From a virus: a stretch of 64,000 bases of DNA. The notes beneath the pieces were generated by a model. That model saw only the letters and a list, made by a program, of their open reading frames with translations. It ran no database searches and was not told where the DNA came from. The position numbers were made by a program, and so were the translations under genes. Where the stretch lies: IMG/VR virus record IMGVR_UViG_3300017927_000001, one strand, 5' to 3'. This document shows positions 42,244-50,481 of this stretch, in pieces (position 1 is the first letter of the stretch; the number at the start of each line of letters is the position of its first letter).

Positions 42244-42494
42244 TTTGGTCAGTCTCTCTTGTAGGCTAGGTGCTCGTTGTACCTGTCGACCACAATTATC
42301 TCGATCAAGTCGAAGAGATCCTTTACCCCGAGTACAGTATCCAGCTCATGCAGCGTCGCCAGTCGGCTCGAGACTACTGCACCGATTGTCCTTGGGACGT
42401 TGCTGTAGCTGGCGTATCGTTTGCCGTCCCCCTGGACATGGCCGATTTCAAGGGGCCGGCGAGCGGAAAAGACCCCAGATGCAAGTGCAGGACC
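42179..42494 (-). other. open -1 frame with no start codon: putative gpGT-type frameshift extension of the chaperone
   Basis: The -1 frame is open from 42494 to TAA at 42181-42179 (about 105 codons) with no usable ATG/GTG/TTG near its 5' end. It encodes ...YASYSNVPRTIGAVVSSRLATLHELDTVLGVKDLFDLIEIIVVDRYNEHLAYKRE... Slip-prone runs are GGGG (42476-42473), TTTT (42470-42467) and GGGGG (42432-42428). Confidence 0.4.
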
Positions 42495-42850
42495 TCACGA
42501 CGCAGTTGAAGCCGCGTGCCGATCTCCTCAATGTCATCTTCGATCAGGGGGCGCGTGACCTGCGGATGCCGCGCATCGGGCACAAGCTGCACGCACGTGA
42601 ACATCTCATCGAGCAGAGGCTTCGCGTCCTCGAATGAGACCCCCTTGAGTGACTTGAGGGTTAAGCTGGCAAGGCCCGCCATGCCCATATCCTCAATCTC
42701 GTCGGGAATCTCGACATTCGACTTTGCCAGCGCGAGGAAGACCCGAGCGGCCCACATCTCGCCCTGCGTTGCGGACATCTCTGTGATGCGAAACACCTTG
42801 CCTTTGTCCCGTCCTTCGGATGTGACGGTGTAATCTGCTGTGTTCCTCAC
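42374..42850 (-). CDS. tail assembly chaperone (gpG-like, frame-0 product)
   Basis: It lies between the tube and tape-measure genes. 158 aa, with a disordered frame-0 tail. The 130-nt apparent gap to the tape measure is covered by an open -1 frame. Confidence 0.65.
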   Translation of the reverse strand: MRNTADYTVTSEGRDKGKVFRITEMSATQGEMWAARVFLALAKSNVEIPDEIEDMGMAGLASLTLKSLKGVSFEDAKPLLDEMFTCVQLVPDARHPQVTRPLIEDDIEEIGTRLQLRREVLHLHLGSFPLAGPLKSAMSRGTANDTPATATSQGQSVQ

Positions 42851-42882
42851 TTCTATCTCCTTGGATGGTCGGAGTGTTCAGG

Positions 42883-43317
42883 TCAGATCGGCGCGGCTAC
42901 GACGGACTCCCAGGTGATCTCGTAAACGCGCGGCTGTAGCAGCTTCTTCACGTCGGGGCTTGGTTTGTGTGATGTGAGGACTCCATTGGTTAGGACGTAG
43001 GACCGCTGGACTGCCGGCAGACGAAGGATCCCTTGGGCGAAGTAGATGTCCTGAGCCGCCTCGTTGGAGGCGTACCAGTTCTCGAAGATCGAATTGCTGT
43101 CGCTGTCGGCCTGTAGCGTGATCTTTTGGATCACGGGAACGTAGACCCAACCAGCAGACATCTTGGCATCGACGCCCGTCAAGATTTCGGCGGGCTTGAC
43201 CGGATCGATGTCCGTAACGTCGTCGGCCGCGAAGCGCTGAAGCTGCTGAGCGATCGCGTAGAGCGGCGGGATCGACAGCAGGATGACTGAGTTTGCACCC
43301 GTTAGGGACTTTGCCAT
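42883..43317 (-). CDS. tail tube protein (DUF3277-like)
   Basis: A 144-aa gene directly after the sheath gene and before the chaperone, which is the canonical tube position. Confidence 0.7.
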   Translation of the reverse strand: MAKSLTGANSVILLSIPPLYAIAQQLQRFAADDVTDIDPVKPAEILTGVDAKMSAGWVYVPVIQKITLQADSDSNSIFENWYASNEAAQDIYFAQGILRLPAVQRSYVLTNGVLTSHKPSPDVKKLLQPRVYEITWESVVAAPI

Positions 43318-43320
43318 TTT

Positions 43321-45264
43321 TTACTCCACCTCGATCGAAGCCAAGTTGATCTTCTGGATGGAACCTACATCCAGGTACCAGAACGTCATCTGCGGAGACT
43401 TGCGCTGCGCCCGGATGGCTGCGGTTGCCGGCACGATTTGCAAGTACCACCCCTGCGAGGCAATCACGTCGTCGATCTTCGTGCCCGCTGCATTGTTGAC
43501 TTCCGCGATCTGCGCAGCCGACAGAATGGCACCGCCAGCAAAGGCCCCGAAGTTCAGTCCCGCATTGATTGTGTCCATGCAAGCCGCATGAACCAGAGCG
43601 TAGCCGGCCGCGTTGTACGGGATGCTGTTCACGTTGAACAGCAGGTTCATCAGATCGTCCTGGAACGAGTTGTTCAGCCAGATCTGATTGACGTAGCTGT
43701 CCAGCCACGCGAACGGGCCTGATACAGTTCCCGTTGCGTAGCCGATGAACGGCTGGTCCGCGGTGGCCCACTGCCCGTAGTAGTTGTATCCATTGGCTTC
43801 AAGGTTCGAGCGAACCAGATCACTCGTGACCTTCACCGCGAGGTTCGGGTTCGCCTTGTACGCGAAGGAAATCCGACCGTTCCGACGCGTGAAGTCGATG
43901 GACGCAATGGCACCGCAGATGAACGCGGCGGTCGTGTAGTCCGTGTCCCAAATCAGTTCCGTCCCGCCCCACCCATTCGACGCGATGGCCGAACCGAAGT
44001 CGCTGGGGGCGTTCGGGGACAGCGTCGGGGAGATATCGGTATCCCACGCGACGTAGACGTGATCATTGGCATCCTGCGCAGCGAGCCACGAGGAGAACAG
44101 AGCCTTCTGCGTGTAGCCGAAGCCATTGTCCGGGTCGAACAGTGTCATGAACGAGCCGTACTTGTCGGTGATGGCTTCGACGGTTGGCATGAAGGAAGCC
44201 GGAGCTTGGACCGGGGCGCCCTGAGACAGAATGGCTCCGGTCAGCTGAGTCAATAGCAGAGACGCAGACAGCGTTCCGGTTGCGTAGCCAATGGTTCCCG
44301 CAACTCCCGGAGTTCCGCCGGTGAAAATGAACGCGTTCGAGACACTGTCGAACGTGACCAGCAGCGGCCCCGCCGAGATGGCAGTCGCGGAGACGGTTTG
44401 CGCACCGCCCGACGTGTAGTAGGTACCGATTCCACCCGTACCTGAACCGAGCGCGGTGATGGTCGTTCCAACCGCGACTCCCGTACCAGAGATCGCTTGG
44501 CCTACAGCAAGAGTTCCACTTGCCATGCCACCCACGGTCAGCAATCCCGCGCTCTGCGTGATGTTCGTGTTAGCAGCCACGTTCTGAGGCGGCGATACGG
44601 TGTAAGTGCCAACTCCGCCGGCGGTTCCGGTCAGCTGATTCACGATCTGGGTACCCGATGCGACATTCGTGCCCGACAGCACGCCACCCGCGACCAGCGT
44701 ACCGGAGCCGATGCCGGAGACAGTCATCACACTGCCTGTGATGCCGGCTGTGACCGAGGTAGCGGGCGCGGCTGTGATGGTGCTGGTAGCTGCTGTCACT
44801 CCATCGAAGGCACCGAAGGAAGACTGAATCAGCGCCGCTGCATTGCTGAAGCTCGTTGCACCGGACAGGTTGATGTTCCCGCTCGACTTCAGCACGCCCT
44901 CGACGACAACCTGCAGAGTTCCCGAGAGCGCCTGTAGCTGCGCCAGAGTCATCGCAGCCACGGACCCTCCACGCAACCACGCGGGGACCGCGGACGTGTT
45001 GTACTGCGCGAACATCAGGTTCCCGGGTTTCACCGTGGAGTTTGTGAACCCCCCAAAGTAGATCCCCGCTGCCGTGGCCTCTGCGGAGGTCGCACCGAAA
45101 TAGCTGGCGACGGCCGGCGCGGTTGGGAACGAGAGAACTGCTCCCACCGGAACTCGGTTCCCATTGGTAAGGAACAGACCGCTGAGTGCAAGCGTGCTCC
45201 CACCCGCAGTCAGAACGCCGGGGGTGACGTTTACGATCGAGGATGCCGGAATTGATGCGGTCAT
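43321..45264 (-). CDS. contractile tail sheath protein (DUF3383-like) with two inserted Gly/Thr-rich modules
   Basis: A 647-aa gene upstream of the tube. N-terminal SSIVNVTPGVLTAGGSTLALSGLFLT and C-terminal ...MTFWYLDVGSIQKINLASIEVE fit the DUF3383 sheath family as I recall it. Confidence 0.7.
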   Translation of the reverse strand: MTASIPASSIVNVTPGVLTAGGSTLALSGLFLTNGNRVPVGAVLSFPTAPAVASYFGATSAEATAAGIYFGGFTNSTVKPGNLMFAQYNTSAVPAWLRGGSVAAMTLAQLQALSGTLQVVVEGVLKSSGNINLSGATSFSNAAALIQSSFGAFDGVTAATSTITAAPATSVTAGITGSVMTVSGIGSGTLVAGGVLSGTNVASGTQIVNQLTGTAGGVGTYTVSPPQNVAANTNITQSAGLLTVGGMASGTLAVGQAISGTGVAVGTTITALGSGTGGIGTYYTSGGAQTVSATAISAGPLLVTFDSVSNAFIFTGGTPGVAGTIGYATGTLSASLLLTQLTGAILSQGAPVQAPASFMPTVEAITDKYGSFMTLFDPDNGFGYTQKALFSSWLAAQDANDHVYVAWDTDISPTLSPNAPSDFGSAIASNGWGGTELIWDTDYTTAAFICGAIASIDFTRRNGRISFAYKANPNLAVKVTSDLVRSNLEANGYNYYGQWATADQPFIGYATGTVSGPFAWLDSYVNQIWLNNSFQDDLMNLLFNVNSIPYNAAGYALVHAACMDTINAGLNFGAFAGGAILSAAQIAEVNNAAGTKIDDVIASQGWYLQIVPATAAIRAQRKSPQMTFWYLDVGSIQKINLASIEVE

Positions 45265-45276
45265 TTAAGTGCTCCG

Positions 45277-45828
45277 TCAGGAAGGTGGGTACTTCGCATC
45301 GACGTCGATCAGGCCGAGTACCAGTTCGCCCGCGAAGTCCTGGCTGACCGTCACGATCGGGTTGCATTGAACGTGCGCTTGAACCATCCAGCGGCGCTCG
45401 ATCTGCTGTTCGCCGTTGAGGAACGGAACCTGCTTTGGCTCGTCGGTGTAAAGCGGGGTCACATCGTAACCACTTGCGGCGAACTGATCAACGCCCCATG
45501 TATCCCGGAATAGCGTTGAAGCGATGTGTGCGTAGTCCGCGCCCTTCGGCCCGTGGAAGTCGAGCTGTATCACAAGCTCAACGGCCTGCTTCGAGGTCAG
45601 CTGGCCCGGTGCTTGTGGAAAGTAATCGGTGTAGGTGTCCTCGTTCGTCGAAAGCCGGTCGCGCAGTATCGGGATCATCACAACGAAGTTTTCTTCGGTT
45701 GGCTCCGCGACGCGGTTGTCTAACCCCTGCACAGCAGGAACCCCCGGAGGAAGTACAACCTCCAGGAAGTTGCGCATCGCCTCGAGGATTTGATCCTCCA
45801 GGAGATCTACTGTGACAGTAATAGGCAT
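45277..45828 (-). CDS. tail completion / tail terminator-like protein, putative
   Basis: 183 aa. Assigned by position only, immediately upstream of the sheath gene. Confidence 0.45.
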   Translation of the reverse strand: MPITVTVDLLEDQILEAMRNFLEVVLPPGVPAVQGLDNRVAEPTEENFVVMIPILRDRLSTNEDTYTDYFPQAPGQLTSKQAVELVIQLDFHGPKGADYAHIASTLFRDTWGVDQFAASGYDVTPLYTDEPKQVPFLNGEQQIERRWMVQAHVQCNPIVTVSQDFAGELVLGLIDVDAKYPPS

Positions 45829-45835
45829 CCAAGTC

Positions 45836-46225
45836 TCACTGGTTTGTGTCGTTTTGCTGAGACACCGCTACCTTCGTCCAGCCCGCAGTGCGTGACCAGT
45901 TCTCGAGCACGTGAACCACAAGCCACACGGTTCCATCTGGCAGCTTGAACATGTCCCCGCCTCGTGCATCCGGACGATTCACGCCTTCTATGTTGCCGTC
46001 TACGTAGAGGGCCTGACGTACTCCTGCAAGGTTGAGCCCCTCTAGCTGAATCAGGTCCTTGAACTGTAGAGCTTGGCACTGCACCCGAACTCCCTGGACG
46101 GTGTTGTATCGTGGGGTCCTCTTCCCCGACTCTTCCTGCTCGTAACCGTCAGATTGCTTCCACAGCGCCAAAAGCCATGGATTGACCTTGGCAACGTAGG
46201 GAGCTACGATAGAGTGCAGGTTCAT
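45836..46225 (-). CDS. hypothetical head-tail joining protein (129 aa)
   Basis: ATG 46225 overlaps the upstream stop. It lies within the neck gene block. Confidence 0.5.
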   Translation of the reverse strand: MNLHSIVAPYVAKVNPWLLALWKQSDGYEQEESGKRTPRYNTVQGVRVQCQALQFKDLIQLEGLNLAGVRQALYVDGNIEGVNRPDARGGDMFKLPDGTVWLVVHVLENWSRTAGWTKVAVSQQNDTNQ

Positions 46226-46226
46226 C

Positions 46227-46496
46227 TCACTGCACCCAATTACTGTTGACCAACATCCCGGTCCATCTGTGGCCCTGCGCATCGGTCACCGTGACCGGGC
46301 TCGTGGAGGACACCGTGCCATCCGGGTTATCGACCAGAGGCTCGAAGCACTGAACCTGCGCCGGCAGACCAGATGTCGGATGTAGCGCGATCCACTGGCC
46401 GAGCTTGTTCTTCTGGTAATCCCCGGCAGTGGACAGAGACGGATTGCCAGCGGTGTCTACAGCCTTGATCTTCTTTCCAATCACTGTTGTCATCAT
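46227..46496 (-). CDS. hypothetical protein (89 aa)
   Basis: ATGA-coupled. It lies within the neck gene block. Confidence 0.5.
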   Translation of the reverse strand: MMTTVIGKKIKAVDTAGNPSLSTAGDYQKNKLGQWIALHPTSGLPAQVQCFEPLVDNPDGTVSSTSPVTVTDAQGHRWTGMLVNSNWVQ

Positions 46497-47056
46497 CTCA
46501 CCTCATAGTCGACAGAGTGAAGCATGTGGCTTGTGTCTATTAGCGGCTTGCTAAATCCCTTCCTCTTGACTGTCGACGCCTTGAGCGGAGGCGCGTTTGT
46601 GTCGATGATTGATTGGCGAAGGTCGCCGGCTATTTTCTCCCCCATCAGAGCAAGAGCGCGGTCAACATCGTAATCCACTGCCTTGAGCACCTTTGCCAGA
46701 TCCGGACCCCACGTCTTCGAGTGCTTGGAGATCATGGCGCGGAAGAAGGGGCGCGGTGGAGAGGTTGCCGTACCGAACTCGGCGTAGGCAGCTACCTCAG
46801 CGACTCCAGTGGCCCCGGACTTCAACGACGCGCCCTTGATGGCTTTGACGTCCGCGTAGTAACCCGGCTGGCCCGTGCGCTTCTTGCGTGCCGCGTACAT
46901 CTTGCGCAGCGTGGCTGCTGAAAGCTTCGGGTAGGTCGCGTTCTCGAGGAATCCGACGTTGAGCGCGCGGCTCTTCATCAGCCGGCGCGACAGCTTGTCC
47001 AGGTGGGCAGTGAGCTTCTCTCCACCTGTAAGCCGGATCGTCGTCTTCTTTGCCAT
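46493..47056 (-). CDS. virion morphogenesis / neck protein (Mu gpG / HK97 gp10-like)
   Basis: ATG 47056 overlaps the upstream TGA. APPLKASTVKRKGFSKPLIDTSHMLHSVDYEV resembles the p.L..sT...K....piL.dTG.L..Si motif of that family. Confidence 0.55.
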   Translation of the reverse strand: MAKKTTIRLTGGEKLTAHLDKLSRRLMKSRALNVGFLENATYPKLSAATLRKMYAARKKRTGQPGYYADVKAIKGASLKSGATGVAEVAAYAEFGTATSPPRPFFRAMISKHSKTWGPDLAKVLKAVDYDVDRALALMGEKIAGDLRQSIIDTNAPPLKASTVKRKGFSKPLIDTSHMLHSVDYEVR

Positions 47057-47535
47057 CACATCCCCACGTTCCAGGGGTCCTGGTACAGCCACGGGTAGGG
47101 CTCGATCTCCCGTGGGGTGTGCCTCGCGTAGCGCATCGTCCGGTACTGGGCCGTCGCCGCCCAGTATTCGGCCCCGTACTTCGTCTGCTGGTACCAAGCG
47201 GCGGCGCGTGGCTGATTGTTCCCCATGTCGGCCTGCACAGACACACTGCCTTCCGTCGCATTGCTGATGCGCCCGACCAGCGGTGAAGAAGGACTGCCGT
47301 TGAGGGGCGCGTTCAGCGCGGTGATGTGGGCAGTGAGCAGGTGAAGCAGGGTGTACCGCTGCCCTCCGACCGAAGAGTCGCAGATAGGGCTCATCGGCGT
47401 GTTGTCGCAGAGCATGGTGGCGCGGTTGAAGTAGCCCTGCGCCTGCTGCGAGGTGACGCTCGAAGAAAGCTCCGGGTAGGCCCCTTGAAAGAAGCCCCAG
47501 TCAAACGCGACGACGCCGGAGGGAACCGCGCTCAT
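47056..47535 (-). CDS. head-tail connector/adaptor protein (DUF4054-like)
   Basis: FDWGFFQGAYPELSS...YTLLHLLTAHITAL resembles the DUF4054 signature (F...fPEf ... l.AH.l.l). It lies downstream of the capsid gene. Confidence 0.55.
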   Translation of the reverse strand: MSAVPSGVVAFDWGFFQGAYPELSSSVTSQQAQGYFNRATMLCDNTPMSPICDSSVGGQRYTLLHLLTAHITALNAPLNGSPSSPLVGRISNATEGSVSVQADMGNNQPRAAAWYQQTKYGAEYWAATAQYRTMRYARHTPREIEPYPWLYQDPWNVGM

Positions 47536-47550
47536 GCCCGCTGCTCCGGG

Positions 47551-48072
47551 TTAAGCCGCTACGCGGTCGTCTTTGCCGTCGTACTTCTGGATGCCCTTCG
47601 GCAGCTTGTTTGGATCGAGCCGCTCGAGGCCAGACTTCAGCGTGGCACCCTTGTCTTTCGCTTCCGCTGCCGTGTTCGCTTCGCTGGTATGCGCGAAGAT
47701 GAGCCCGTTCTTGACCAGCATCGATTCCTGGTTCTGCTCGAGCCACAGTTCCCAGAAGTCTCTTGGGATACCGGGGGTCAGAGCAAAGCCCGCGATGATC
47801 TTGTGATCCGGGGCCTTGGTCTGTGGGTGCGCGAATCCGTTCAGCAGGAACCGCCGACCGAATTCGTTGTAGACCTTGGATTTCTTCCTGCCCCCGCCAA
47901 TCACGAACTCATCCACCTGTTGAGGCTCGAACACTCGGAGCCAGAACCCCGCCGGCAGCTTGCACCCGACCGTCACGGTGTCGGTGTTGTTCTGATTGCT
48001 CTTTTGCGCCTCGATGAGCTGCTGTTCTTTCCCTTTGACGTCCGGATTCTTGTTTCGGATGGCTGGCTTCAT
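47551..48072 (-). CDS. hypothetical structural protein (173 aa)
   Basis: The first gene after the major capsid gene. Good RBS context. Confidence 0.5.
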   Translation of the reverse strand: MKPAIRNKNPDVKGKEQQLIEAQKSNQNNTDTVTVGCKLPAGFWLRVFEPQQVDEFVIGGGRKKSKVYNEFGRRFLLNGFAHPQTKAPDHKIIAGFALTPGIPRDFWELWLEQNQESMLVKNGLIFAHTSEANTAAEAKDKGATLKSGLERLDPNKLPKGIQKYDGKDDRVAA

Positions 48073-48089
48073 CTCACTTCTCCGTTAGT

Positions 48090-48112
48090 GGAGCCCCGAC
48101 CATCGGGGCTCC
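48090..48112 (-). terminator. stem-loop downstream of the major capsid gene (attenuator/terminator candidate, no U-run)
   Basis: ggagcccc (48090-48097) pairs with ggggctcc (48105-48112), 7-nt loop. It lies in the 84-nt gap after the capsid stop. Confidence 0.35.
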
Positions 48113-48156
48113 GTCCCGTAGCTTCTCATGGGTCGTTGCGTGGCGTCTCTGGGTGG

Positions 48157-49224
48157 TTAGACTCCGATCATCTGGGCAATGGCGAACGGTTGGCGAACGA
48201 TGGCGCCCCACGTCCCTTGAGCCATCTTCTGCTTGTAGGACGACAGGTCGCGGATCACCGGGCCGGCGCGCAGCTTCTCGCTGAACGCCATGTATCCGGT
48301 CTCTTGCCCTTCGACGGTCTTCGCGATCAGCTGAACGATCTCGCCCGCTGCGGAACCTTGTGGGTTCTGCGCGGTCAGCGCCCCGTATTGCATGGCGGGG
48401 ATGACCGTAAGGTTGGGGTAGTTCGACTTCAGCTGCGTCTTCACGTTCACGTTGTAGGTGTTCGTGAAGTTCATCGCGGCAGACGAGTGCGGCGACATCG
48501 CCAGGATCATCTCGCTGTCCGCGTTGATGTTGCCGCTCGACTGGTTGATGAGCTGAGCGACCAGCGACAGAACATCCTGGTAGACCTCGAGGCCGGAAGC
48601 GTTCGGCGAGTTGCCGGAGAACCACGCGATCCCGCCCGCTGCCTTCGGTGCCGGGGCAATGTAGGCCGGCAGCGACGGGTCGTTCAGCAGCCCGTAGTTC
48701 TGCAAGCCCGCGACCCCGTAGAAGTAGGTCAGGTTCTGGAACTTGTTCAGGCTGACGACGCACGCCTGCTTCAGTTCCGCGGCCCAACCGATCTTCGCCA
48801 CGCCCGCACGAGCCATCTCCAGTTCGCCGTACTCCGCGATGATCTGGTAGAGGTAGTTCTCGCGTTGCGGGAAGTTCGTGTTGGCACCCGCACGGCCCGC
48901 TGTGCTGAAGTCGCCGTAGCTGGACACCTCCCCGGTGTGCTCCACGACTGGGAACGCAACGGCAATGTCTTCGAAGCTGCCCTTTCGGACCTCCCCGAAA
49001 ATGTCCACGGCGACGTTCTTCGCAGTCAGGATCCGCAGCAGTTCCGGGTCGAGGAACGTGACCAGGAACGAGGGGATGCCTGACTGTCCAACCGTCACGA
49101 GCGACGGCTGAGCATCCATTGCAAGTCCAAAGTTCGTCTTCCATCCTGGTTTCAGGAAGTCGACAGCACCTTCGAATGAGATGCCCCAGTCGCGTTCGAA
49201 TACTGCCAATGCAGGGTTACGCAT
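48157..49224 (-). CDS. major capsid protein (DUF2184-like)
   Basis: 355 aa. It follows the scaffold and decoration genes and is followed by a stem-loop. The overall sequence resembles the DUF2184 capsid family that accompanies DUF2213 scaffolds. Confidence 0.75.
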   Translation of the reverse strand: MRNPALAVFERDWGISFEGAVDFLKPGWKTNFGLAMDAQPSLVTVGQSGIPSFLVTFLDPELLRILTAKNVAVDIFGEVRKGSFEDIAVAFPVVEHTGEVSSYGDFSTAGRAGANTNFPQRENYLYQIIAEYGELEMARAGVAKIGWAAELKQACVVSLNKFQNLTYFYGVAGLQNYGLLNDPSLPAYIAPAPKAAGGIAWFSGNSPNASGLEVYQDVLSLVAQLINQSSGNINADSEMILAMSPHSSAAMNFTNTYNVNVKTQLKSNYPNLTVIPAMQYGALTAQNPQGSAAGEIVQLIAKTVEGQETGYMAFSEKLRAGPVIRDLSSYKQKMAQGTWGAIVRQPFAIAQMIGV

Positions 49225-49270
49225 TTTCTCGAGTCCTTATCTGTGAGTTGAGGGTCGGTTGCCGTTAGGA

Positions 49271-50437
49271 TCAACCGAGCGGCCAGCTTGACATCTTCAC
49301 CAGCTCGCCGGGTTGGCCGACCGACAACGCATAGAACTTGGTCTCGGTTGCAGCATTGGCGTTGATTGCCTGCGAGGTCATCGTCTGCCCTTGGTTCAGG
49401 TAGTACGTCCCCGCCCCGCCCGTGCCGGTGCCCAGTGCCGTGATGTAGGTGCCGGCATTGACACCCGATCCCGTCAGCAGGTCGCCGACCGCGTAGGTGC
49501 CGGCCACCGTGCCACCGATGGTCAGCACGCCTCCCGTTCCCGTGATGGACGTTGACGTGGCAGCGCCCATCGTGGTCGGCGCGAACACCGCCATCTTGTC
49601 GCCGTTCGTCTTGCCATCCGTGCCCGAGGCCAGACCGGCGACCGTCGTGCCCGTGGTGACGTTCGTGCCCGACAACACCTGACCCGGCAGGAACTGGCCC
49701 GTGATGGTCGTGGCGACCAGCAGGATGCCCCACAGCGGAGCGGTGATCGTGCTGGAGGCGACCGTCTGATTGACGCTGACCAGATAGGTGCCGGTCGAAC
49801 CCGTGGTTCCGCTCAGCTGCGAGAGGATGGTGGTCGCGGGATCGACTGGGTTCCCTGCGGTTCCGCCGGCGAGGACCATGCCGGGGAACAGTGCAACCCC
49901 CGCAGCCAGCGCCGATACCGTCAGCACCTGCCCCGAGATCGAGGCGGTCATCGAGATCAGCGTAATCGTGCCCGCGCTCGTGTTGTTGAGCGCGATGGTC
50001 GAGGCGGTGCTCGTCGCAGCCGAGGGCGGGGAACCCGTGGCCGCGAATGACACCAGACCGGTGCTGTTGTTCGCGTAGGCTTTCTGACCGATCGCGGAGG
50101 CGGTGGTTCCGTTGTTGATGACCCAGAACTCGCCCTCGTTGTAAAGCGTCACGCCCAGTCCGACGGGAATGACCTGCGTGTTGTCGGCCAGGAACTGCGT
50201 GATGACGGCGTTCATGTGCCGGCCCACGAAGCCGGTCGGGGCTAGACCGCCCGAATTGCCGACCTTCGTGTTCGTGAGCGTCGCATCCGCCCACGCAAAC
50301 GCGCCGACTGCGACACCGTTCGGCCCGGATACGAAAGCTCCCGGGCCGTTCACCACCGAAGCACGGGGATTCGCCGAGCAGAAGTCGCCCGCGACCCCGA
50401 CTGCCGGCACTACGTTTACTGCTTTGGGAAATGGCAT
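49271..50437 (-). CDS. head decoration/structural protein with three inserted Gly/Thr-rich modules
   Basis: It lies between the scaffold/protease and capsid genes. The N- and C-terminal parts (MPFPKAVNVVPAVGVAGDF... and ...KFYALSVGQPGELVKMSSW) flank three copies of the roughly 50-aa module. Confidence 0.55.
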   Translation of the reverse strand: MPFPKAVNVVPAVGVAGDFCSANPRASVVNGPGAFVSGPNGVAVGAFAWADATLTNTKVGNSGGLAPTGFVGRHMNAVITQFLADNTQVIPVGLGVTLYNEGEFWVINNGTTASAIGQKAYANNSTGLVSFAATGSPPSAATSTASTIALNNTSAGTITLISMTASISGQVLTVSALAAGVALFPGMVLAGGTAGNPVDPATTILSQLSGTTGSTGTYLVSVNQTVASSTITAPLWGILLVATTITGQFLPGQVLSGTNVTTGTTVAGLASGTDGKTNGDKMAVFAPTTMGAATSTSITGTGGVLTIGGTVAGTYAVGDLLTGSGVNAGTYITALGTGTGGAGTYYLNQGQTMTSQAINANAATETKFYALSVGQPGELVKMSSWPLG

Positions 50438-50481
50438 CTTTCTACTCCTGTTTCAAGTGTCGAAGAGAGCCAGCGCGGGTA

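Noticed and set aside
47326-49083. 585-aa plus-strand ORF antisense to the major capsid region. The same class includes 35480-36526(+), 50431-51495(+), 60363-60938(+) and 52723-53358(+).
   Set aside because: Arg/Gly/Val-rich nonsense composition. They are opposite to a continuous, tightly coupled minus-strand structural operon whose products have recognisable phage folds.
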